From the IMG/VR virus record IMGVR_UViG_3300006149_000020: 50,196 nt of DNA; one strand, given 5' to 3'. The DNA comes from a virus. Positions 8,345 to 15,599 of the stretch are shown in pieces (position 1 is the first letter of the stretch; each line of letters begins with the position of its first letter). The position numbers and the translations under genes are program-made. Under the pieces are notes generated by a model. The model was not told the origin of the DNA and made no database searches. It saw nothing but the letters and a program-made list of their open reading frames with translations.

Positions 8345-8746
8345 ATGGCAGAATACCCCGATTTTGAAAAGACGTGCGGCTACGGCTCCGTGACTGGCAT
8401 AGGCGGAGCCAACTGCAGGCACTCCTACTGGCCCTTTATAGAGGGCGTTTCGGAGCGCACTTACACCGATTCCGAGCTGGAGGCCATGAAGCCGGAAAAC
8501 CGGCCTAAAATCCAGTTTGAGGGCCGGGAATACGACGATTATCAGGCTACCCAGAAGCAGCGCCAGATCGAGCGCACCGTTCGCAAGCTGAAACGCCGCA
8601 AGACCGCTTTCGAGGCGGCGGGTCTGAAGGAGGACGCTCAGGCAACAAACATCCGCTTGCGGCGGCTGAGTAAGGAATACATCGAGTTCAGCAAGGCGGC
8701 GGGACTGCCGGAGCAACGGGAGAGAATGAAGGTGATTTACAAGTGA
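8345..8746 (+). CDS. Minor capsid protein, C-terminal fragment with its own RBS and ATG
   Basis: AGGAGGTGA then ATG. MAEYPDFEKTCGYGSVTGIGGANCRHSYWPFIEGVSERTY..., followed by a basic coiled C-terminus. Confidence 0.65.
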   Translation: MAEYPDFEKTCGYGSVTGIGGANCRHSYWPFIEGVSERTYTDSELEAMKPENRPKIQFEGREYDDYQATQKQRQIERTVRKLKRRKTAFEAAGLKEDAQATNIRLRRLSKEYIEFSKAAGLPEQRERMKVIYK

Positions 8747-8994
8747 AATGCATTAAATATATGGTAGTAACTTTCGTGATTATGCTTTCTTTGCTTGGAT
8801 GTAGTTCGTCGGAAAGTAGTGGAATTGAAAGCAATAAGCAAGAAGAAAAACCAACCGGAACGTTTATTGAGGTCGACAGAGGGGTTTCCTGGAAAGTTGT
8901 TTTCCACAGAGATACAAAGGTTATGTATGTTGTATCAAATAATTTTACGTTACTCGTGAACGCAGATGGAACGCCGATGCTTTATGGCGGATAA
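8743..8994 (+). CDS. Putative lipoprotein (moron)
   Basis: Signal peptide with lipobox: MKCIKYMVVTFVIMLSLLGC-SSSE. GTG start overlaps the previous stop. Low GC. Confidence 0.55.
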   Translation: MKCIKYMVVTFVIMLSLLGCSSSESSGIESNKQEEKPTGTFIEVDRGVSWKVVFHRDTKVMYVVSNNFTLLVNADGTPMLYGG

Positions 8995-9136
8995 AAAAGG
9001 AACTATTCTGAGACCGTCGGACATCAAAGCTGCCGAAGCCGTCCTTGCCCGTGGTGAGCGCGTGGAGCTAATCCCCGTCAAGGACGGCGTGAAGGTTGTA
9101 CGGGTGCGGCGGGAGGAAGTGAAGAAGGATGTTTGA
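8984..9136 (+). CDS. Small hypothetical protein (50 aa)
   Basis: MADKKGTILRPSDIKAAEAVLARGERVELIPVKDGVKVVRVRREEVKKDV. Overlaps both neighbouring genes. Below the ORF-track cutoff. Confidence 0.4.
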   Translation: MADKKGTILRPSDIKAAEAVLARGERVELIPVKDGVKVVRVRREEVKKDV

Positions 9137-9335
9137 CGGGAATCTTTGTAATGCTGGGCTTTTTCCTGCGGAACTTGTCCCGCCGGAAATCATAGAGCAA
9201 TTTTTTCAATCGCCGATGTGCGGTTTCCCGTGCTATACCTGCAAGCACAAAGGGGAAGAAACCCCGCGCTGTGAAAACTATAACAAATGTGGGTTATGGC
9301 TCGACTGGGCAAATAAAAAGGGACTGAAAAAGTAA
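9129..9335 (+). CDS. Cys-rich small protein (68 aa)
   Basis: ...SPMCGFPCYTCKHKGEETPRCENYNKCGLW... Confidence 0.45.
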   Translation: MFDGNLCNAGLFPAELVPPEIIEQFFQSPMCGFPCYTCKHKGEETPRCENYNKCGLWLDWANKKGLKK

Positions 9336-9374
9336 ATACTTTTCCGCCGTCTAAGCGTTGACGGCGAAGAGCCG

Positions 9375-9423
9375 AGCGTGGTTATTCATCCAGAAATGGG
9401 TGAGTGACCACGCTTTTTCTTTT
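9375..9423 (+). terminator. Hairpin plus T-run in the pre-scaffold intergenic region
   Basis: AGCGTGGT-N24-ACCACGCT followed by TTTTCTTTT. Confidence 0.4.
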
Positions 9424-9539
9424 GGTAAAACCCGCACAAGCGGTTTTTATACAACTTTTGACCGTCCCGAAGTCGCAAAACTACGGGGCCGCAGTGGAAG
9501 CGACCCACGCGAAAAAAGCGAAGCGGTGAAGGAGAGACC

Positions 9540-10142
9540 ATGACGAGAGAATCTTTGAAGGGCCTGGGGCTTGAGGATGCCGCCATCGACAAGATCCTGG
9601 ACGAGAACATGGCGGACATCGGAAAGGAGAAGGCCAAGACCACCGCGGCGAAAGCCGACCTTGCGGACGCGCAGGGGAAGCTTTCTGCGGCCACAGCGGA
9701 GCTGGAGGCGCTGAAGAAGTCCAACGGCGACGTTGCGGCAGTGCAGAAACAGCTCGCGGACCTCCAGGCCAAGTACGAAAAAGACACGGGCGAGCTGACC
9801 GCCAAGCTGGCGGACCGGGACTACTCCGACGCGATCGCCCGGGCCATCACGGGGAAGTCCCTCAAGTTCAGCTCCAAGAGCGCGGAGCGGGCCTTCACCG
9901 CCGCGCTGAAGGAGCAGAAGCTGGAGCTGAAGGACGGGGAGCTGGCCGGCCTGGACGACTTCATCAAGGCCCAGCGCGAGGCGGACCCCGACGCGTTCGC
10001 CCCGGACAGGCCCGTGCCCCGATTCGCTACCGGGTCCGGCAGCGGCGGAGGGCATGGAGCGCCGCCCAAAGCCCCAAGCAGAGCGGCACGATTGGCCGCT
10101 GAGTACCACACGAGCCTTTATGGCGAAGAAAAAAAGGAGTGA
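9540..10142 (+). CDS. Scaffolding protein
   Basis: Ala/Lys/Glu-rich coiled coil located just before the capsid genes. GP20-like composition. Confidence 0.75.
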   Translation: MTRESLKGLGLEDAAIDKILDENMADIGKEKAKTTAAKADLADAQGKLSAATAELEALKKSNGDVAAVQKQLADLQAKYEKDTGELTAKLADRDYSDAIARAITGKSLKFSSKSAERAFTAALKEQKLELKDGELAGLDDFIKAQREADPDAFAPDRPVPRFATGSGSGGGHGAPPKAPSRAARLAAEYHTSLYGEEKKE

Positions 10143-10148
10143 CAAAAC

Positions 10149-10511
10149 ATGTCTTTTATCGGAGCAGCAGAGATGGGGCGGGTATTCGCCCCCGGTTGGT
10201 TCTTAGAGAGCGAGAGGGGCGTGGTCCGCAAGACCCGCCAGATCGAGCAGGCCGGAGCGACAGCCAGAGAAGACGGGAGCAAGTATGTTCCTATGGGGAC
10301 TGTCTGGCCCGCCAATGACGCCACAGCGGAAGGCATCCTCTATGAGGATATCGACGTGACCACCGGCGATATGCCTGGGAGCGTTGTCTTGGCTGGGCGT
10401 GTGTACGAAGACCGGTTGCCTGCGGCTATTGCCGAGGCGGCAAAAACAGCCCTGGCGGGGAAGGGATTCGTGTTCATCGCCGCAAGCCCTTCCGTGACCC
10501 GGCCCTACTGA
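10149..10511 (+). CDS. Head decoration / capsid accessory protein (positional call)
   Basis: 120 aa, between the scaffold and major capsid genes. Confidence 0.4.
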   Translation: MSFIGAAEMGRVFAPGWFLESERGVVRKTRQIEQAGATAREDGSKYVPMGTVWPANDATAEGILYEDIDVTTGDMPGSVVLAGRVYEDRLPAAIAEAAKTALAGKGFVFIAASPSVTRPY

Positions 10512-10526
10512 AAGGAGTGACAGCAT

Positions 10527-11636
10527 ATGGCTGAAGAGTTCAACGGCTTTATCCCCCAGGAGGAATGGCTGGATGTGGGCTTCAATGTGACCAGGTCCAC
10601 CGACCCCATCGACAGCTTGGTCGGCGATATCCGCACGGACAATATCATCGCCAAGTGGGAGTCCATTGCGGCGGAGTATCAGACCGCCATCATGGCCCAG
10701 TTCCATGCCTTTGATACGGAGGCAAATAAGACCATCCATATCCCGGTGGACAAGCACAGCATCAAGAAAGCACTGATCAAGGTCAAGATCGACCAGAGCG
10801 AGCTTTTGCAGGAGTACATGGACAACGGTGTGCAGGGACGTGACGCCCTGCGGGACTATGTGTTCAATGACGGTATCCGTTTGGCGGAGCAGGTCTTTAC
10901 CCGCTCCAAGGTGGCGAAATCGGAGATGCTGGCCACCGGGAAAATCACCATCAAAGAGAACGGTCTGGACATCCCTGTGGACTACGGTGTGCCCGCAGGC
11001 CACACCAGCTTTGAGCTGGATCTTTCCCAGGATGCGGACATTTCGGGACAGATCCAGAGCATCATCGATGAGGCTTCTGACGCAGGCGTGACCCTGAGCG
11101 GTTTTATCACCTCCCGGAAAAACATCACCAAAATGCGCCGGAATGTCGCACTTCAGAAGGAGATCGCCGGGAACCTCAGCGCGGGGGCTCTTTTGGGCAA
11201 GACGACGCTTTACGCCCACCTGGAGCAAGAATATGGCTTGGGCCGAATCGTCACCCATGATCTGACCTATGGTGCAGACGCCAAGCTGGGGAGCGATGGA
11301 CGGCCGGTCATCACCAAGAAGAGGTATTTCCCCGACAACAAGATCTCCTTCTTCTCCACGAATCCCGCAGGCCGCGTAGGCACGGGGCTTTGGGGAGACC
11401 CGCCTGAAACCCGGCTGGCCGGATTTTACCCCGTCAATTCCAGCGGCGAGGCTCCGTATGTCTACGTGACCCAAAAGATGGAATGGGACCCTGCTGTTCT
11501 GTGGACCAAAGCCAGCGGGCTGTTCATGCCCCTGCTGTACGACCCCAACAGCCTGTGGATCGCTACGGTCAAGCCGGATGCGGCCACCGCCGCCCTGAAC
11601 GACGAGCAGACCGCCCAGAGGGCCAAGATCAAGTAA
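10527..11636 (+). CDS. Major capsid protein
   Basis: 369 aa, strong RBS (AAAGGAG), positioned after the scaffold gene. Confidence 0.8.
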   Translation: MAEEFNGFIPQEEWLDVGFNVTRSTDPIDSLVGDIRTDNIIAKWESIAAEYQTAIMAQFHAFDTEANKTIHIPVDKHSIKKALIKVKIDQSELLQEYMDNGVQGRDALRDYVFNDGIRLAEQVFTRSKVAKSEMLATGKITIKENGLDIPVDYGVPAGHTSFELDLSQDADISGQIQSIIDEASDAGVTLSGFITSRKNITKMRRNVALQKEIAGNLSAGALLGKTTLYAHLEQEYGLGRIVTHDLTYGADAKLGSDGRPVITKKRYFPDNKISFFSTNPAGRVGTGLWGDPPETRLAGFYPVNSSGEAPYVYVTQKMEWDPAVLWTKASGLFMPLLYDPNSLWIATVKPDAATAALNDEQTAQRAKIK

Positions 11637-11652
11637 GAAATGAGGGGCAATT

Positions 11653-11898
11653 ATGGAACTGAAAAATACCGTCTCTATGATGGAGAGTACTGACTACAAG
11701 GAGCGCTTTAAGGCCGAATATGAGCAACTGCGTATCCGGTTTGAAAAGCTGAACGCAATGCTGGATAAGTGGGACGCGGGTACGCTCCCGTTCACCCCCA
11801 CCTGCCCGCGCAGCACGTACAACATCCAGACCCGTGCTATGGCCGATTATCTGGCGGCCCTTGAGGCGCGGGCGGTCATGGAAGGCGTAAGCCTGTAA
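11653..11898 (+). CDS. Small conserved phage protein (crAss001_48-related type, from memory)
   Basis: STDYKERFKAEYEQLRIRFEKLNAML...LPFTPTCP...QTRAMADYLAALEARA. Confidence 0.5.
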   Translation: MELKNTVSMMESTDYKERFKAEYEQLRIRFEKLNAMLDKWDAGTLPFTPTCPRSTYNIQTRAMADYLAALEARAVMEGVSL

Positions 11899-11916
11899 GG
11901 AAAGGAGGCCCATGGG

Positions 11917-12336
11917 ATGTATGCCGACTATGACTTCTACCTGAACGCCTATTTCGGGAACGCGATCTCGGAGGAGGATTTCCCCCGGCTGTCTGAACGG
12001 GCCTCCGACTACATCCGGGCGGTGACCGGCGGCGTCTCCGACCGGGTGGACGGCTGGCAGCAGGAGGCCGTCAAAAAGGCTTCCTGCGCCGTCGCCGACA
12101 TCCTCCTGGACGAAGAGATCATGACCGCCAGCGCGTATCAAGGGGGCGCACAGGTGTCCAGCGAAGCGGTAGGGGGCTGGTCGCGGAGCTACAAGTCCGC
12201 GACCGTCTCCGCCGCCGACATGCAGGTCATCGACAGCCGGAAGCGGGACGCGCTGCTGCTGTACCTGGGGAATCTCCCGGCGTTCGCGCCAATCTTCAAA
12301 GTGAGGTCTTATCCATGCCTGCACCGCACCGAATGA
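11917..12336 (+). CDS. Head-tail connector / adaptor (gp6-like)
   Basis: Position, and N-terminus MYADYDFYLNAYFGNAISEEDFPRLSERASDYIRAVTGG. Confidence 0.55.
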   Translation: MYADYDFYLNAYFGNAISEEDFPRLSERASDYIRAVTGGVSDRVDGWQQEAVKKASCAVADILLDEEIMTASAYQGGAQVSSEAVGGWSRSYKSATVSAADMQVIDSRKRDALLLYLGNLPAFAPIFKVRSYPCLHRTE

Positions 12337-12371
12337 ACTGCCCTCGCCGGGCAAACGCCCGCCGTCCTGCC

Positions 12372-12836
12372 ATGTTCCCCCATACGATCACGTTGTACAA
12401 CGTGGAGATCATCCATGGCCCAGACTATGATGATACGATCGTAAACCACATTACCATTTTACGAGGAGTCTTTCTCGAGGCTTGCAAAGCCATAAATGTG
12501 CAGAAGAGCGGTTTGGTAGGAGCAGATGCGGCGACTCTTTATATACCGTTCTCTGTAGAGGCAGTGAATGCTGTCACAGGGAAGCGAAAACGGTACATAC
12601 CTCCCATCGAATTTTGGCGTGTGGAGGACAAATCTGGCTTCTGGACGCTTGCAATCACCAGCAAAGAACCTGGCGTGAGTGGTAACACCTTTTTTGTAAA
12701 GGGAGAGGCCGTGGAGCCAGATAAAGCTATGGATTTCATCGAGATGAAGTACGACCATGTATACGACATCACAAAAATCGATGAAAAAGATTTTGGGAGT
12801 CCAGATATGCAGCATTTCGAAGTGGGGGCAAATTGA
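12372..12836 (+). CDS. Head-closure / head-tail joining protein (positional call)
   Basis: 154 aa in the connector block. Upstream in-frame starts at 12315 and 12333 are possible. Confidence 0.45.
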   Translation: MFPHTITLYNVEIIHGPDYDDTIVNHITILRGVFLEACKAINVQKSGLVGADAATLYIPFSVEAVNAVTGKRKRYIPPIEFWRVEDKSGFWTLAITSKEPGVSGNTFFVKGEAVEPDKAMDFIEMKYDHVYDITKIDEKDFGSPDMQHFEVGAN

Positions 12837-13273
12837 TGGCAGGGATCAAATTCACGTTAGATTCTCAAAAATTCAAAAAAGATATGGAACGCCTCAACAG
12901 AAAGATCTTTTGGGCTGGATCAGGAGCTGAGCACGCCGTATCGATCCAGATCGCGAAGGACACGGAGCCATATGTCCCAGCGCGATCGAAATCCCTCTCA
13001 AATCGAACAATAGTGCATAAAGGAACCATCATTTATCCAGGCCCTTATGCTCGCTTCCTCTACTACGGGAAACTTATGATCGACCCAGACACCGGCAGCA
13101 CGTGGGCGCCAAAGGGGGCGTCAAAAGTGATAGACCCAGGCGGAAGAGACCTTGATATCAAGAAAAAGGTCCACAGCAAGGCGCAATCCCATTGGTTCGA
13201 GGCGTCTAAAGCTCAGAATCTTCCAAAGTGGAGACGAGTAGTGGGGGAGGTGATGCAGCGTGAGTTCCGATGA
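12833..13273 (+). CDS. Tail-completion / minor capsid protein (HK97 gp10-like)
   Basis: Overlapping start. PYARFLYYGKLMIDPDTGS motif. Confidence 0.5.
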   Translation: MMAGIKFTLDSQKFKKDMERLNRKIFWAGSGAEHAVSIQIAKDTEPYVPARSKSLSNRTIVHKGTIIYPGPYARFLYYGKLMIDPDTGSTWAPKGASKVIDPGGRDLDIKKKVHSKAQSHWFEASKAQNLPKWRRVVGEVMQREFR

Positions 13274-13718
13274 TAAGCCTTTGGAATTCGTAATAGCCAA
13301 AGAGGAAGATCAGATATCCCGCAAGATATTGAAATGGTTGAACACGTTCCCGGAGATCCCGCTGTCTATCTTTCGCGTCGATTACGAGTTTATGAACGCA
13401 GAACTCGAATGTATGGCGTTGTCTCTTGTCCAAAGCACGTACATCATAGAGCGGTTCATAGACGATTCTTATATAGCGGAGTATCAGTTCAAGATCGTCT
13501 ATCGTGTAAACCCTTCCACCACAATTCTGCGGCTCGGGGCTGATGAATTGCTGAACGCATTGGGAGATTGGGCCAGCAGTCAAAAGCCGGACATAGGGGA
13601 TGGGCTAAAAGTTCGGGAGCTTGAACAGACCGCTCGATCGTCTTTGTTCGCCAGAATGGAGCGCGGTTGGGAGGACCATCAAATATTCATGCGGATGACC
13701 TATGAGGTCGGCACATAG
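13260..13718 (+). CDS. Tail terminator-like structural protein (positional call)
   Basis: GTG start overlapping the previous gene. Precedes the major tail protein. Confidence 0.4.
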   Translation: MSSDDKPLEFVIAKEEDQISRKILKWLNTFPEIPLSIFRVDYEFMNAELECMALSLVQSTYIIERFIDDSYIAEYQFKIVYRVNPSTTILRLGADELLNALGDWASSQKPDIGDGLKVRELEQTARSSLFARMERGWEDHQIFMRMTYEVGT

Positions 13719-13732
13719 AAAGTGAGGAAATC

Positions 13733-14248
13733 ATGGCAGAAAAACGAAGCGCATTCAAAATGTTTATGAATACCACGCCAAAAGAGGCAGATGCGACCTA
13801 TGGCATCATCGGCCCTGGCGTGACAGAGCTGTCCATCGCTTATAACCCCCAGACCAGCACCAATCAGTACATACATGAAGACGTCGCCAATACCGACATG
13901 ACCGGGTATCAGCCCAACGCTCCCGTGACGGCTCAGGCGGTGCCCGGAGACCCCGTTTTCGATTTTGTGAACGATATGCGGGAAACGCTTCCAATCGGCT
14001 CTGACGCTTACAGCGATGTGGTCCTGGTGGACGTGTTTGGCAAACAGACAAGTGGGTCTTATGCAGCCACCAGACAGCCTGTCTCTATACAGATCGACAG
14101 TTATGGCGGCTCGGCCTCCGACCCCCTGTCCATCGGTTATACCATTAACTGGAGAGGCAGCGGGATAAAGGGGACTTTCGAACCTGAGACCAAAACGTTT
14201 ACCGAAGGGGCGTCCTCCAGGGGCGTTTTCGAAGAGGAGGAGCGATAA
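13733..14248 (+). CDS. Major tail protein
   Basis: 171 aa, positioned before the chaperone pair and the tape measure. Confidence 0.65.
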   Translation: MAEKRSAFKMFMNTTPKEADATYGIIGPGVTELSIAYNPQTSTNQYIHEDVANTDMTGYQPNAPVTAQAVPGDPVFDFVNDMRETLPIGSDAYSDVVLVDVFGKQTSGSYAATRQPVSIQIDSYGGSASDPLSIGYTINWRGSGIKGTFEPETKTFTEGASSRGVFEEEER

Positions 14249-14677
14249 ATGGCCGGCATTCGCGTCAAGACAAGCGCAAAGCGCATCGAGGTCAATGACA
14301 ACGGGGAGTACATCGTCCTTGATTTCGGCGACAACAGTTTCCCGGATCGCTTTTTCGCCATGGTGGACCGAGTGCAAGAACAAGCGAACACGGCAACGTC
14401 AGAGGCGGAGAAGATCGACGATCGATATGAAAAGGGAAGCGAGGGGCACATGAGGGCGTCTGCCGCTCTGTGGCGCAAGGTGCATGAGAACATCATGGAT
14501 GAGATCGACAGCCTTTTTGGAGTTGGGACATGCAAAAAGGTATTTGGAGATATCGTCCCTGGAATTGAGCTGTACGATGATTTCTTTACTCAGCTCATTC
14601 CGTACTTCAACGAAGCCGGACAGGAGCGGGCGCGCCGCATGAGCAAATATAGCGCCAGCAGGGTGGGAAATGTATAA
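14249..14677 (+). CDS. Tail assembly chaperone
   Basis: Position. Acidic, 142 aa. Confidence 0.55.
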   Translation: MAGIRVKTSAKRIEVNDNGEYIVLDFGDNSFPDRFFAMVDRVQEQANTATSEAEKIDDRYEKGSEGHMRASAALWRKVHENIMDEIDSLFGVGTCKKVFGDIVPGIELYDDFFTQLIPYFNEAGQERARRMSKYSASRVGNV

Positions 14678-15218
14678 CGCCCTGCTGGATCGACTGCCCG
14701 AAGATTATGAGGGTTGGCTCATTCGAACGGACTACCGGATAGGGGTCCAGATACAACTTTGCGTCTCCGATCCAGAGCTGTCTGACAGTGAAAAGACCTG
14801 GACGGCGCTCGATCTGCTATACGGGAATGGCATCCCGCCCGACCTTCAAACCGCCCTCGACGGGTTGTCATGGTTCCTGTCATGCGGCGACCCATCTCCA
14901 GCAGATGAAGCAAGTAATGAGCCGCCCTTGTATTCTTTTGAGCAGGATGCAGGCCGGATCGCGTCTGGTTTCCGAAAGGTGTTCCACATCGATATCACGA
15001 AGGAGAAACTCCATTGGTTCGAGTTCATCTCTATGCTCGGCGAGCTCAAAGATACGGCTTTTTCCGGCGTCATTGAGATCCGCAGCGCAGACCTTTCCGA
15101 AATAGACAAGAAAAAAAGAGCTGAATTCCTTCGAATGAAAAAGAGATTCGCTTTGTCCAGCGGGTATACGCCAGAAGAGCAGGCTGAGATCGACGAATTT
15201 ATGGAAAGGCTGAAATAA
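14670..15218 (+). CDS. Phage Gp15-family protein (second tail assembly protein)
   Basis: LPEDYEGWLIRTDYRIGVQIQLCVSDPELSD...DLLYGNG fits the A118 Gp15 pattern as I recall it. Confidence 0.55.
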   Translation: MYNALLDRLPEDYEGWLIRTDYRIGVQIQLCVSDPELSDSEKTWTALDLLYGNGIPPDLQTALDGLSWFLSCGDPSPADEASNEPPLYSFEQDAGRIASGFRKVFHIDITKEKLHWFEFISMLGELKDTAFSGVIEIRSADLSEIDKKKRAEFLRMKKRFALSSGYTPEEQAEIDEFMERLK

Positions 15219-15229
15219 AGTATCCAGGC

Positions 15230-15490
15230 GTGCCTCGAAGATCTCATGATGATATGGCCGTTGTCAGCAGCAGAGTGATTGCGGAGCGGTTTGGGAAACA
15301 GCATCAGCACGTAACGCAAGCGATCGAAAAACTCATCAGCGAAAATTCGCTGGTGAAATCTATGTTTATCCGCAGTTATTATGATACGGAGCGCGGAAAG
15401 TCCTATAAGGAGTATCTCATGAACCGCGACGGCTTTTCTCTCTTGGTCATGGGCTTCACCGGGAAAGAAGCTATCTACTCTATCGAGTGA
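15230..15490 (+). CDS. Rha-family regulatory protein, N-terminal domain only (truncated)
   Basis: VVSSRVIAERFGKQHQHVTQAIEKLI...YLMNRDGFSLLVMGFTGKEA, then a stop. The start is uncertain (GTG at 15230 or ATG at 15254) and no good RBS is present. Confidence 0.5.
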   Translation: MPRRSHDDMAVVSSRVIAERFGKQHQHVTQAIEKLISENSLVKSMFIRSYYDTERGKSYKEYLMNRDGFSLLVMGFTGKEAIYSIE

Positions 15491-15599
15491 CGATCTTGTG
15501 ATCGTAACGGTAATGGTCGCAAGAAGTGTGGTTTTCTGGGGTATCAGCAACTCAGTATCCTACAAAAAAAGATAGGTTAAAAATCGCACTTATCTAAAA

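Noticed and set aside
14665-14671. Slippery heptamer G_GGA_AAT at the end of the tail chaperone gene, possibly a G/GT -1 frameshift
   Set aside because: The -1 frame closes after about 26 codons. The downstream Gp15-family ORF is in the +1 frame with its own ATG at 14670.
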